From positions 1 to 48,103 of the IMG/VR virus record IMGVR_UViG_3300043756_000069: DNA of 48,103 bases. One strand, written 5' to 3'. Origin of the DNA: a virus (Duplodnaviria; Caudoviricetes). The translations under genes and the position numbers were made by a program. The notes beneath the pieces are model-generated. The model worked only from the letters and a program-made list of their open reading frames with translations, searched no databases and was not told the origin of the DNA. This document shows, one piece after another, positions 9,338 through 19,404 of the stretch (positions are counted from its first letter, which is position 1; each line of letters opens with the position of its first letter).

Positions 9338-12300
9338 TGGTAACAACCTCACACACTACATGGTTCACAGTATCCTCACCACCATAGTAACCAACGTCCC
9401 TGTTTATACTGAGAACTCTCAGTTGTGTTTCTCTTGGTAGTAACACTTCTGATTCCCTGCTCGTTGCTGTTCCAGTCTGATCAAGTGACAGAGAATTGAA
9501 ACCTTTCGGCACATGAATTTCCACTATCGTTCTGCCGAATTCTTCTGCTGTTTCCAGACGCAGTGAAGCAGATGAATATGCATAGTCACTAAACACTGAC
9601 CCTACTTGAAGGTCTTTCAGTGCATCTACACCACGTCCCTTCACACCACGGAAAAGTGTAAGGTCAGTGTCAGCAGCAGACTCCATAATTGCATTGTCAA
9701 TTGCTGGTATCACTTCCTTTAGTGACAAGTAACTAGTCCCACCGTATGCTTGTCCTGGTGCGTAAATCTTGGTGGCAGGGAAGTCACCACCCTTTGCATC
9801 ACGCAGTGCAGTGTTGATTGTGGTGAAACTACTGCCACCGTAAGCTGTTACTGCACGCTTCTCTACCTCATCAGGTGCAGCATTGAAGTGTCCCATTGCA
9901 TAATCTTGTGCCTCAAACTTAGTGTCATACTGAGTCTGCCAATCCTCTGTCGGCAGTTCAACGTCACTTGCTGTAGGAGTTTGCCCAGCTTCTTCCTCAT
10001 ACTCATCCTCTTCATAAGGTGAAATGAAGTCTTCCTCAGTAGGTGCGTAAATCTCTTGTGCCTCTTCCTTACTGAGTGGTTCACCACTTGGTCCAATGAG
10101 TTTAGGTGCACTGTCAGCAACGTCCTTACCATACTGCCATTCCATTTCTGACTTAGTAAGTGGCACACTGTCAGGACTGAGATACAACATTTCCTCTTCC
10201 ACTGCTGGTGGTGGTGAAAGTGGTGCTGCTTGACTAACGTCAACCCACTCTTCACCCTTCTTGTATGCAGGTGCATACTCTTCCAGAAGTGCACCAGTGG
10301 AATCGTACTTACTCATCTCTTTCATCATACCAGTGAACTTATCTTTGGCATACCATGAACTTCCGTTCGAACCGTAAGTGTTAGCAAATGCCTCAGCGAA
10401 ACCTTCCTCTGGATTAGTCAGTGCATAGTCACTGATGTGTGCCAAGTCCTTGAAGGTCATACCCTGACTGTACATTTCATCCAGTATCTCATCAGCACCA
10501 AAACCGTGCACGTTTGCATACTGGTGACCAAGTTCGTGCATCATCATATCGTAACTGTTCTGCACTGGTCCGTCAGTGAGTCCCATATCTTCCACTGCAC
10601 GAATGGTGTCATTGATCATAATGCCATAATGACCATTTACACCAGTCTTGTAAGTAACTGCTTTGGCACCCTGCAACTCACCGTCAAGTATTTCCTTCTG
10701 CATCTTCGCTGCTGGTCCAAAGCCACCTGTCAGCACAGGATCACTGGTAAAGGTAATCTCAGTAAGTGCACCGCGAGTTGTGTCAACATCACCTTCAATT
10801 ACTTCTGGCATGTGAGTTTCAATCTCACTGAGTGCACTACCTATGTCACCCATCTGACTAGTGTCCATCGTAGACAACTCACCAAAGTTACCTTTGATCT
10901 TCACTAAGCCACTCTGTTTACCAATGCCACCGCTAGGAAACTTGTCTATCAACGCTTGTTGTAACTGCTTAGTTTCCTTCGCTGTCAGTTTGTCAGAGTC
11001 CTTCACGTCCGACCATGACGCTGCTTCTTCATAAGTAACTGCTTTACCCTCTGACACTTGTTGGTAAGCTTCTTCCGCTTCCTGTTGTGTAGCTGGCATT
11101 TCATCACCATACACTGCAATGAGTGTGCCACGACAACGTGACCAACCGTCACAGTCAGTGTAACCGCCAGCAGGATAGTCAACTTCTGCATCGTCAATCG
11201 TTTCATATGCAGTGCCATCTATCGCTGCACATGGATCACAAGTTTCACTGTCAAGTAACTCACTGGCATACACAGTGAAAGCAGGTTCACCAGCCTGTGC
11301 CTTGATTGGTTTACCCTTACTTGACTTCACTGGTTGCGGTTGCACTCTCGCTTGTGCAACTGCCATTGTCGCTTTGCGTCCATCGTTCATTGCAGAAGTA
11401 AGTGCACCACCGAGTTGATCCTGTAAGTAACCAGTAGTGAGATTGATAAGGTCTTCCTTCACCTTGTCAGCGATAGTCTTACCATCGAGTGAACCACCAG
11501 CGTAAACGAATGCACTTGACTTGGCAGAGTTAGTAAGTGTGTCAGCGAGGAACTTGTCAACTACCTTTGCACGTTCACGCTGATCCTCTGACAGTTGATT
11601 CAAGTCAGGCAACTGTAAAGTTATTCCCTGACGTGATGCTTCCTGTTGTGCATCATGTGCACCCATTGTCGCCATCGTTGACATGTGAGTGAAGATGATA
11701 TCCTCAAGCAATGGCGTAGCTTGAATTTCACCTATCTTCGCTAGTGAATTACCTGCTTCCGCCAACTGGTCATGTAACTCATCCATCTGTTGCAACTGTG
11801 GCTTACGCACTGCACTCACCAGTAAGTCACGCTGCTGTTTCCAGTTAGCGTCAGCACTTCCCCAATCGACTGCTGCTTTCAGTTCATGTGCAAACAATTC
11901 TCTACGGAGCGGACGGTTAGGTAAGGTCACAGGGGAAAGTGACTTACCAGTAACCGTCCGCTCACTGCTTCCACGTGCACCATAGACCGGCACGTCAGAC
12001 ATTGGTCCTTGACCAGCAGGTGAATTAGATGGTGAAGGAGTAGTAACACCACCTGTTTGCTCACCGGACATGGGCGGCCAAGGTTCTGACAGATTCGGTT
12101 GTGGCACAACTGGTTGTGGAAGTCCTGGTTTACGCATTGGCAAACCGTAACGTTCACGAATTGAATTCTCCAATTCATCATCCATGACAATTGCACCACG
12201 CTCTAACAGCATGGCAAATTCACGACCACTAAATGCACTGTCAGGATTGCGAGAGTAAACTAACTGTGGTGTAGCGTCAGCTTCTTCATCAACGTTCCAA

Positions 12301-13385
12301 CCCCACCAGTTTTCAATCACACTCGCAGTAAAAATCTGACATATCCAATTAGCTAACTCATCCAGTGCATCAGCAAAGAAGTCAATGAATTCAGTACCGA
12401 GTGCACGGCTACCTGTTTGTGTTTGACCTAACTGCATGAACATTGCTAACCATGACCGTGCCATTTCTTCATTGTCAAGTCTGATACTTGCAATTGTGTC
12501 AGGCAATGTTCCTGTTGTCCCTACCAGGGATACTTTCGTACCGTTAGGAACTGCACCACCACTTGTGTCACCTGCTCGCATCTTACGCATCAACATGTCA
12601 AGTCTCAGCATTGCACCACCTGACATACCAGGTGGCGCTTCTGCAATCGGTATACCTATACCGTTACGTTCCTGCTTCTGTGCATCAACCCTGAGTAACC
12701 TATCTTTGCGTAACCAGTTACGGTAACAAGCACGTAGTAAGGATCGACCAGTCCAGTTTGCACCTTCCATCATGTATGGATACCAGGTGACTCTGTTCAC
12801 TGGAATCATTTGTGGTGAGAACAGTTGCTTGAAACCGAGCAAGTCACCTTTTGCATCGATGTTTATTTCAGTGATTGTCTCCGGCGGACGTGGTGCCAGC
12901 TTAGTCAAGTGCCAGTTACCATCATCACCTATCTCACCAACCTGTTCAAACGCATAGTGTCCCATGATGATTGACACAAGTGCATCTGACAGGTGCTTAC
13001 CAAAGTCAAATCTGTTGCGGTACTTCTGACGTGGCAGTGGTTCATGTTCCTTGATGTTCAGTGACAAGTCTTTTGCGAGGTTAGTTACTTGATCCATGTC
13101 ACAGTCATTAGGATCGAGTAACCAGTGATACCGGCGGACTGGCACAGTTGTGGCTAGGAACAAACCTTGCACTTGTGCATCGTGCCGCATGTCACTGTAA
13201 GTTTGAATGGATCGCGGCCACTGTAACTCTGGCGAACGTTCTAGTGAGTCACTAACATAACTCATCCAACCTGGAACATTGACAGACCACAGGTTAGTGC
13301 TACCGATTTCATCGGTCGGTGGACTTGTCGGTAACGATTGGTTACCGCCAAATATGTTAGTGATATCTAGTGGTCCGATTGACAT
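9330..13385 (-). CDS. Portal (DUF935/Mu gp29-like) fused to MuF-like, HEXXH metallopeptidase and VIP2-like ADP-ribosyltransferase domains
   Basis: Portal motifs 'ERNGIGIP', 'GSRALG'; MuF-like 'D.ETC.PC..IDG...CRGTL'; 'HELGH...YALTNPEEGFAEAF'; ART 'INTALR...LFRGV...YSSAS...ESEVLLPR'. Confidence 0.85.
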   Translation of the reverse strand: MSIGPLDITNIFGGNQSLPTSPPTDEIGSTNLWSVNVPGWMSYVSDSLERSPELQWPRSIQTYSDMRHDAQVQGLFLATTVPVRRYHWLLDPNDCDMDQVTNLAKDLSLNIKEHEPLPRQKYRNRFDFGKHLSDALVSIIMGHYAFEQVGEIGDDGNWHLTKLAPRPPETITEINIDAKGDLLGFKQLFSPQMIPVNRVTWYPYMMEGANWTGRSLLRACYRNWLRKDRLLRVDAQKQERNGIGIPIAEAPPGMSGGAMLRLDMLMRKMRAGDTSGGAVPNGTKVSLVGTTGTLPDTIASIRLDNEEMARSWLAMFMQLGQTQTGSRALGTEFIDFFADALDELANWICQIFTASVIENWWGWNVDEEADATPQLVYSRNPDSAFSGREFAMLLERGAIVMDDELENSIRERYGLPMRKPGLPQPVVPQPNLSEPWPPMSGEQTGGVTTPSPSNSPAGQGPMSDVPVYGARGSSERTVTGKSLSPVTLPNRPLRRELFAHELKAAVDWGSADANWKQQRDLLVSAVRKPQLQQMDELHDQLAEAGNSLAKIGEIQATPLLEDIIFTHMSTMATMGAHDAQQEASRQGITLQLPDLNQLSEDQRERAKVVDKFLADTLTNSAKSSAFVYAGGSLDGKTIADKVKEDLINLTTGYLQDQLGGALTSAMNDGRKATMAVAQARVQPQPVKSSKGKPIKAQAGEPAFTVYASELLDSETCDPCAAIDGTAYETIDDAEVDYPAGGYTDCDGWSRCRGTLIAVYGDEMPATQQEAEEAYQQVSEGKAVTYEEAASWSDVKDSDKLTAKETKQLQQALIDKFPSGGIGKQSGLVKIKGNFGELSTMDTSQMGDIGSALSEIETHMPEVIEGDVDTTRGALTEITFTSDPVLTGGFGPAAKMQKEILDGELQGAKAVTYKTGVNGHYGIMINDTIRAVEDMGLTDGPVQNSYDMMMHELGHQYANVHGFGADEILDEMYSQGMTFKDLAHISDYALTNPEEGFAEAFANTYGSNGSSWYAKDKFTGMMKEMSKYDSTGALLEEYAPAYKKGEEWVDVSQAAPLSPPPAVEEEMLYLSPDSVPLTKSEMEWQYGKDVADSAPKLIGPSGEPLSKEEAQEIYAPTEEDFISPYEEDEYEEEAGQTPTASDVELPTEDWQTQYDTKFEAQDYAMGHFNAAPDEVEKRAVTAYGGSSFTTINTALRDAKGGDFPATKIYAPGQAYGGTSYLSLKEVIPAIDNAIMESAADTDLTLFRGVKGRGVDALKDLQVGSVFSDYAYSSASLRLETAEEFGRTIVEIHVPKGFNSLSLDQTGTATSRESEVLLPRETQLRVLSINRDVGYYGGEDTVNHVVCEVVTNG

Positions 13386-13396
13386 TTACTTACTAC

Positions 13397-14305
13397 CTAG
13401 ATCGGCCAAGGTGCAAAAGTGCCTAGGCGTGAACTTGCTGAACCACCACGCCATTCATGGTCATTAGGACGCTGCCATGTGTAAAACGATGTGCCATTGT
13501 CAAGTGTCGCCCAAAAGTGTAAGTTACCTGACTTTGATAACTTCGCAGTGATACCACGAATTGTTCTACCTGTTGGTGCGTCCCAGAACTTTGTCCAACC
13601 AGCGGGACCACGACCAGATTGTCCACCTTGCCAGTTAGGTGAATCAGGTGACTGCCATGTTACCCACACTGACTGTCTCTGTGGACCAACCATCCAACAA
13701 TGTAACGTACCATTTGCTGACAGTTCAGAAGTCATACTGTTGTCATCCTCACTGAGTTGTGGTGTTGGTTGTGGTGACGGTCCTGGTGTAACACCACCTT
13801 TCGCTGGCATTCCTGCGTTCACCCAATTACGTAAGTCAGGACCGGGACAAGCAGTTGCGTAATCCTTACCGTGATACCACTTGTTCAGTTGACGACCAGT
13901 GACACTGCACAACCAGTTGTACAGATTCACTGTTGATGTTTTCGCAGCGTCAGTTATTGGTGAAGTGGGATTACCCTGTGCTGTACTCGGTTGTAACACA
14001 CATACTCCCCAACCATCCGTGTTGTGTGGCGGTGAGTGAATTCCCCTAACGTCACGACCACAACCTTCGAAGATTGTACCTGACATACCAACTAAGAAGT
14101 TGTAACCTGGTGACGCTGCTGACCATCCTTGGTTCATGTGCATACGTTCAATGTCACGTACCCATTGACGTTCGTCACGTGATGACATAACCGGCCAGTG
14201 CACAACAAAGAAACGACGTGATGACAGTGCAACATTTCTGCCACTTGACACACGTGACGCAGCACCCCACTGTGAACGTGTCACTATCGGTGGTTGTGTT
14301 GCCAT
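13397..14305 (-). CDS. Endolysin, N-acetylmuramoyl-L-alanine amidase (PGRP/Amidase_2) with C-terminal repeat domain
   Basis: 'IVTRSQWGA', 'VVHW', 'GYNFLVG..G.IFEG.G', 'H.D..ATACPG'. Confidence 0.9.
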   Translation of the reverse strand: MATQPPIVTRSQWGAASRVSSGRNVALSSRRFFVVHWPVMSSRDERQWVRDIERMHMNQGWSAASPGYNFLVGMSGTIFEGCGRDVRGIHSPPHNTDGWGVCVLQPSTAQGNPTSPITDAAKTSTVNLYNWLCSVTGRQLNKWYHGKDYATACPGPDLRNWVNAGMPAKGGVTPGPSPQPTPQLSEDDNSMTSELSANGTLHCWMVGPQRQSVWVTWQSPDSPNWQGGQSGRGPAGWTKFWDAPTGRTIRGITAKLSKSGNLHFWATLDNGTSFYTWQRPNDHEWRGGSASSRLGTFAPWPI

Positions 14306-14311
14306 TACCTG

Positions 14312-14551
14312 TTACTTTTCCTTGTCATTGTCATTGTCATCTTTGTGTTTACCACCAAGGTAAGTAGCCAGTGCACCAATCGCGGCACCTAAAGCTACTG
14401 ACAGTGCATCTGCTTCCCGATCTGACACATGACTGTGATGTGGCACAAGTTCCACCAGTATCAGTAAGATGATAGTGGAACTGACACCAGTGGCGAGAAT
14501 GATCGCAACTAAGTCTCTTCCGTCCCATTTATGTTTCTTCTTCCCGTTCAT
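14312..14551 (-). CDS. Holin-like membrane protein (2 TM)
   Basis: Two hydrophobic segments; adjacent to the endolysin. Confidence 0.6.
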   Translation of the reverse strand: MNGKKKHKWDGRDLVAIILATGVSSTIILLILVELVPHHSHVSDREADALSVALGAAIGALATYLGGKHKDDNDNDKEK

Positions 14552-14741
14552 ACTGACCGTGATAAGGTGTCACCTGTGAACGAATGCCAAGTGCAGAAAC
14601 AATTGGTGCAAGTGCACCAACGATAGTGCCAATGTCCCAATCGTTCCCTGCAACAATGGTAACGACAATGACACCAATCGTAGTGATGAAACCAATGAAT
14701 ACCGCTGGTTCCTGCCATATGCGTACAGTGATTTCTTTCAT
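14529..14741 (-). CDS. Holin
   Basis: 'EPAVF...IRSQVTP' two-TM pattern typical of actinophage holins. Confidence 0.7.
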   Translation of the reverse strand: MKEITVRIWQEPAVFIGFITTIGVIVVTIVAGNDWDIGTIVGALAPIVSALGIRSQVTPYHGQYEREEET

Positions 14742-14748
14742 CGTTATG

Positions 14749-16221
14749 TCACCACTGTGTACTCATCAAGTCACCAGTAAGTGAAGAAGAGGAAGAAGTG
14801 ACAGCAGCGTCAAATGCATCCGGCCACATTGCATCGTCAACTGACGCCATCATCAGTGAGTCAGCGCGGTCAGGTGAAGGTAAGCCACGCTTCTTCATGT
14901 CTTCTTTTGACTCCACCTGTATCTTCCCTGCACTGTTTACCTTCCACTTGATTGACACTAACTGTGTGGCTAGTTCCTCATCCTCTGGATCAATGTCAAT
15001 GTCACCTGTCCTGAACAGTTCACGTAAGTGCCAGTATTGTTCTGCACGTCTGTTCAGAAACCTCTTACTGTCAAATGCTTTGTTTGAACTGTTGAACCCA
15101 CCAACGTTCAATCCCTGTTCGTACAGTCTGTCATACACACCAGCGCCAATGCCGATTAGGTCAATGAATGCTGGCATGTCAGGATCACGTAACCGTGACT
15201 TCACTTCACCAGCTACTCGCATCGTGTCACCAACTCCTACTTCACTAAACACGATGCGATAGACAGAACCGATACGGTGAGTAATAACACTAGAGTCAAG
15301 ACCACTACGTGCAACATCGACACCAAACTGTCCATAGTCACCTGTCGGAATCGGTAGAGTAACTTCCTGTGCATCGGTAATCCACTGCTGTTGGATAAGT
15401 ACATCAGTCGCTTTCTGTGGGAATCTTCCACGAACACGTGACTCCCACAATGGTGAACTTTCACCCCAACGTTTTCTGCGTTCTTCAACCCATGTCGGTG
15501 AGGTAAGTAACTCAGCTAGATAGTCAGGTATCTTTTCACCTGAGAAGTTAGGTGTGTCAAATGCATCGATCTGAATTACATTCCAACCAGAACCGGGTGC
15601 ACACACTTTTGCAAACTGTGATGCTGGATCATCCGGGTTACCTATGGCGAGGATACGTGCATTCTCTGTTGTGATCAGTGACTCGATTGCATCCCACAAC
15701 CATTTAGGTATACCCGCCGCTTCATCTATCACTACAAGAATAAACCTTGCATGAATTCCCTGGAATGCAGCTTTCGCTTGTTCAATGTCAATGTAATCAG
15801 CAGGCTTACGACCAAAGCCTATGATTTCACCACCAGGTAACTTCCACATCGGTTGGTTACCAACAGTAATGTAACCTGGTAAGGAACACTTACGGTGCAT
15901 TCGACCTATCTCTCGCCAGAGGATAGCTTCGATTTGTGGTTGTGTTGGTGCAGTGGAGACAACGAATGCTTCTCCTAATGGGTGACAGTCAATCCACCAC
16001 CCACATAAGGCACCTGCAATCCATGACTTACCAGGACCGTGACACGCTTGCACTGCTGTATGTCTGTTGTCACATACACTGTCAGCAATGTCAGCTTGTT
16101 TTGACCATACCCAACCAAGCTTATCCTCAGCCCATGCCGTGGGATCATACAGGTAAGGATCAGGTGTTGGATACAAACGTGCGAGTACCCTGTCAGTTGT
16201 TCCTACTGGCAGGGTACTCAT
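14749..16221 (-). CDS. terL: Terminase large subunit
   Basis: Walker A 'ACHGPGKS', Walker B 'VVIDEA', 'IGNP', nuclease 'GVDVAR.G.D' and 'SPDRAD'. Confidence 0.95.
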   Translation of the reverse strand: MSTLPVGTTDRVLARLYPTPDPYLYDPTAWAEDKLGWVWSKQADIADSVCDNRHTAVQACHGPGKSWIAGALCGWWIDCHPLGEAFVVSTAPTQPQIEAILWREIGRMHRKCSLPGYITVGNQPMWKLPGGEIIGFGRKPADYIDIEQAKAAFQGIHARFILVVIDEAAGIPKWLWDAIESLITTENARILAIGNPDDPASQFAKVCAPGSGWNVIQIDAFDTPNFSGEKIPDYLAELLTSPTWVEERRKRWGESSPLWESRVRGRFPQKATDVLIQQQWITDAQEVTLPIPTGDYGQFGVDVARSGLDSSVITHRIGSVYRIVFSEVGVGDTMRVAGEVKSRLRDPDMPAFIDLIGIGAGVYDRLYEQGLNVGGFNSSNKAFDSKRFLNRRAEQYWHLRELFRTGDIDIDPEDEELATQLVSIKWKVNSAGKIQVESKEDMKKRGLPSPDRADSLMMASVDDAMWPDAFDAAVTSSSSSLTGDLMSTQW

Positions 16222-16514
16222 TGCACTGTTCCCTCCGAATCACTAGTAAGTGATTCACTGTTACCGTCCACTGTAACTGTGTTATCACTTACAGGGATAA
16301 TCGGAAGTAGTGTATTTCGCTGTGGATGCGGTGATCCATAACCAGTGATGGATTGTGGGATCGGTTCTCCGTTGCGGAAACGACCAAACTTTCTGCGGTA
16401 ACTGTTTGACTTCACATCGAACAGTGGTTGCAAGACGATGCGTGATAGCAGTAACTTGTCATCATCCGACAGCAAGTTATCGTATTCGTACTCAGTGAGA
16501 TATGGACCGTACAT
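16218..16514 (-). CDS. Hypothetical protein
   Basis: Overlaps the terL start (coupled); collinear. Confidence 0.55.
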   Translation of the reverse strand: MYGPYLTEYEYDNLLSDDDKLLLSRIVLQPLFDVKSNSYRRKFGRFRNGEPIPQSITGYGSPHPQRNTLLPIIPVSDNTVTVDGNSESLTSDSEGTVQ

Positions 16515-16523
16515 TAGTTACTT

Positions 16524-16724
16524 TTACTTTGCATCGCGATGATCGTATCTGGTAACCATTGCAGTACGTATGTCAGAAGCGTTCTTCGCGTACTCAGTAG
16601 CAGCTTGCAAGTGTTGCATAGCCTGCGTTTCACGTTGTGTACGCATACAGTCCAGTGCTTTTTCAGTAAGTAAGAACACCATTCGTCTGCACTCTGCAAT
16701 CTCACTGTCATACAAGCTAGGCAT
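16524..16724 (-). CDS. Hypothetical protein
   Basis: Collinear ORF, 66 aa. Confidence 0.5.
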   Translation of the reverse strand: MPSLYDSEIAECRRMVFLLTEKALDCMRTQRETQAMQHLQAATEYAKNASDIRTAMVTRYDHRDAK

Positions 16725-16746
16725 CAGTTACCAGTTACAGAACAGG

Positions 16747-16946
16747 TGTCCCGCGCCAACGCTGCATGTTGACGCGGGACTCGATAAGTGAACCGGACGA
16801 GTTACACTTTGCTGAGATAGCTATGTTGGATTTATTTGTGCCAAAATAAACCACTAGTGCAACCCGCCCGATTCATTTTTGCGCCGCACCTTACTTACCG
16901 CAACTTGGAGAGAGTCACCAGGTAACGCGCGACACACTTATGTGTC
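16747..16946 (-). ncRNA. Structured intergenic RNA element (unknown)
   Basis: On the minus strand: 19-bp helix 16875-16857/16807-16789 with only G.U mismatches and enclosing small hairpins; 13-bp hairpin ~16748-16780; hairpin 16931-16946. Confidence 0.4.
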
Positions 16947-16997
16947 AGTAACGGTTACAGATGTGTTGTAAGACCGCTATTTGCTGACGAAAAATTT

Positions 16998-17288
16998 TTA
17001 GCCAGCCGGAATGTGCCCTAACGGAGCAGCAGTTTCTTCATCTTCCTTGATACGCTGTTCCTCTGGTGTAAGTGAAACTCCTTCTTCCATGTCTTCTCTA
17101 CGGTGCTTTTCGCGTAACTCTTCCCTTTCACCACCGTGGAGTGCTAGTAACTCTTCGTTACGCTTGTCCTGCTTCTCTTGTGCCTTTTCGTACTCTGACT
17201 GTTCGTGTTTCTCTTCACGCCGTTCCTCGCGTGACTCGACACGTTCTGTAACTGATCCTTCTGGTCCTGTTCTCGGCTGTGGTGACAC
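16998..17288 (-). CDS. Hypothetical highly charged protein
   Basis: GAGGA RBS, GTG start; Glu/Arg-rich coiled coil. Confidence 0.6.
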   Translation of the reverse strand: MSPQPRTGPEGSVTERVESREERREEKHEQSEYEKAQEKQDKRNEELLALHGGEREELREKHRREDMEEGVSLTPEEQRIKEDEETAAPLGHIPAG

Positions 17289-17315
17289 TTACTGTTTCCT
17301 CTCGTATCAGTGAAT

Positions 17316-17849
17316 TTACGCAGCTTTCTCTGATGCAGCTTCGAGTTGACGCATTCTCCTGTCAATAACCATTGGCAGCAGTCTACGTTGCTCGTCAGAG
17401 AGGTTTAGATCAGCAGCAAGATCAGTAAGTAGTGGCGTAATTATGTCAGCAACACGTTCAGCAACTCTCACTCTACGTTCGTCAATGCCAACCTCAATCG
17501 CATACTTACTGTATTTGACCAGGTTTGCCAGCGCATCGTCACGTAACGTTACCCAACGAGAGATAACTTCTGCTGTACGTTTCTCTTCAATCTCGATCCA
17601 CTTACCAGATGGTAACTGAGCAATGTTAGTTTCCAGTGGACGTTCAAAAAGCTCATCCTCTGAGAGCTTACGTATCTGTTCGTCACAGTAACTAACTTCG
17701 CCAGCAGTAATACGAATGGCATGAATGATTGCATCATGTGGTTCCACTTCAATTGGTGTACCCATGAAACGATCATCGACTCTCGCCAACCACTTTCGCA
17801 AGTGATTGTCATGGTGACTACCAGGGTTTACCTGCCGACGATTCCGCAT
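17316..17849 (-). CDS. Terminase small subunit (putative)
   Basis: First gene of the virion operon, upstream of terL; helical, 'AIEVGIDERRVRVAE'. Confidence 0.5.
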   Translation of the reverse strand: MRNRRQVNPGSHHDNHLRKWLARVDDRFMGTPIEVEPHDAIIHAIRITAGEVSYCDEQIRKLSEDELFERPLETNIAQLPSGKWIEIEEKRTAEVISRWVTLRDDALANLVKYSKYAIEVGIDERRVRVAERVADIITPLLTDLAADLNLSDEQRRLLPMVIDRRMRQLEAASEKAA

Positions 17850-17856
17850 AAAGCGG

Positions 17857-17895
17857 AGGTTACAGCCCGTGTCAAATGTCCCTGATTTGCAGGGG
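17857..17895 (-). promoter_or_regulatory. Putative virion-operon promoter (leaderless)
   Basis: CCCCTGCAAAT...TTTGACA-N7-TAACCT; the -10 ends 7 nt before ATG 17849. Confidence 0.5.
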
Positions 17896-18653
17896 AAAAT
17901 GAGTTACTGTCCGTATCATGTGACAGTATGGGGATACAGTTACTTTTTCTGAAAAAATTTGTGTGTGTTACTACCGCAGTTCGAGCGAAAAAATTACTTT
18001 TTTCCTCGCGAGAACTCGGTAAAAGTGTAACTTTACTTTACTGTTTACAGTCAAAGTAAACAGTAAGTGCACCCGCCCAGGTGACGGATGAGTAACTGTT
18101 ACACACAGTACAGGGTACCTACACTGACCAGTCACCAAGTGTCACTGTCAGTGTCATCAGTGTTCACTCAATAGTACGTAGATAGTAAGTAGAATAGTAA
18201 GTACAGTATATCTATCTTTCTCCTGCAAGTGACAGTGAACTTTGAATAATCAGTTAGTCAGTAGGGTCTAAGGGAAAGGGAGACACCTGTCTATACTGTT
18301 ACACTTACTGTTACTGTTACTTACTGTAACTGTAACTGGAGAAAAGAATACACATACTTACTGACTATACTTACTATTATGTGTAATATAACAGTAAGTG
18401 AGCGGAGCGAAGTGTAACTGCTGAATCGAACACTACATACCTGTGCGATCAGAATAGTAAGTAAATAGTAAGTAGTTATGTGTATATCTCTGTCTGTCTG
18501 CCCGCCCCTTTGCGCCTACTTATTTACTTACTATTCAAAGTGCACTGTCATTTGCAGGGGAAAGGCCGAGTACACCGAACGTACTATTCGACTTACTATC
18601 TACGTACTATCTTCCCACGACGCCGCGTAGTAGATCGAGTGACTGTCAGTATT

Positions 18654-18692
18654 CCCCTGCAAATCGCGGCTATTTGACACGTCCTATAGGGT
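18654..18692 (+). promoter_or_regulatory. Putative promoter, same motif family
   Basis: CCCCTGCAAATC...TTTGACA-N7-TAGGGT upstream of ORF 18735. Confidence 0.45.
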
Positions 18693-18734
18693 ACATGGTA
18701 CGCAAGGAGTAACCGCAGTAAGGAGAGAGTTACA

Positions 18735-19241
18735 ATGTCAAACGGGAATACAGTAAGAGTAACGATCAGTACCACGTCACTTGAACTGATCGAAGAGACA
18801 CGTGAAGTGAATGAGTTACCTGGTGAGTACGTTGAACGTGCTATACGAACGGAAGCGTACATACGTGCCACGAACAGATCAGTAGCGGAAGTGAAACTGT
18901 TACTGGATGCGATGAGTGACGTACCTGGTACAGTTACCACAGTTGAAGCAACAATTACAGATGAACACCTGGAACACATATCGTCAGCAATAGACGGTGT
19001 TTCAGAAGATGTACCACATCAGTGTCCGATATGTGGTGCAACATCTGGTGACACTGCTTGCATAGCGAATGGTCAAGCGCATAGTGCATGTCCCTATTGG
19101 GAACGTGTACCACATGAACGTGCGGTACGTCCTACACCAGAAGCAATGACACGTGCGTGGAAACAGATCAGTGACAATGAACGCAAGTCACTTGCGCTCG
19201 ATCCGTTTGACATCGAAGACCTTTGTGATGAGGATGACTGA
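18735..19241 (+). CDS. Hypothetical protein with Cys cluster (zinc finger-like)
   Basis: AAGGAG RBS; 'CPICGA....C......H..C'. Confidence 0.7.
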   Translation: MSNGNTVRVTISTTSLELIEETREVNELPGEYVERAIRTEAYIRATNRSVAEVKLLLDAMSDVPGTVTTVEATITDEHLEHISSAIDGVSEDVPHQCPICGATSGDTACIANGQAHSACPYWERVPHERAVRPTPEAMTRAWKQISDNERKSLALDPFDIEDLCDEDD

Positions 19242-19404
19242 ACGTACACTTGCATGTCTGGACTGTGCACTAACTGATCACGTGTTACGTCACCTGGTGT
19301 ATAACCAACAAATGGATTTGGTGGAGTGTCCAGTGCACGGTGTGGTTATCACTGGTGAGCAGTTGTACCGCATGACATACCAATACCAGGGGGTGAATCA
19401 GTGA
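19234..19404 (+). CDS. Small hypothetical zinc-ribbon protein
   Basis: MTERTLACLDC...ECPVHG; overlaps the upstream stop. Confidence 0.55.
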   Translation: MTERTLACLDCALTDHVLRHLVYNQQMDLVECPVHGVVITGEQLYRMTYQYQGVNQ

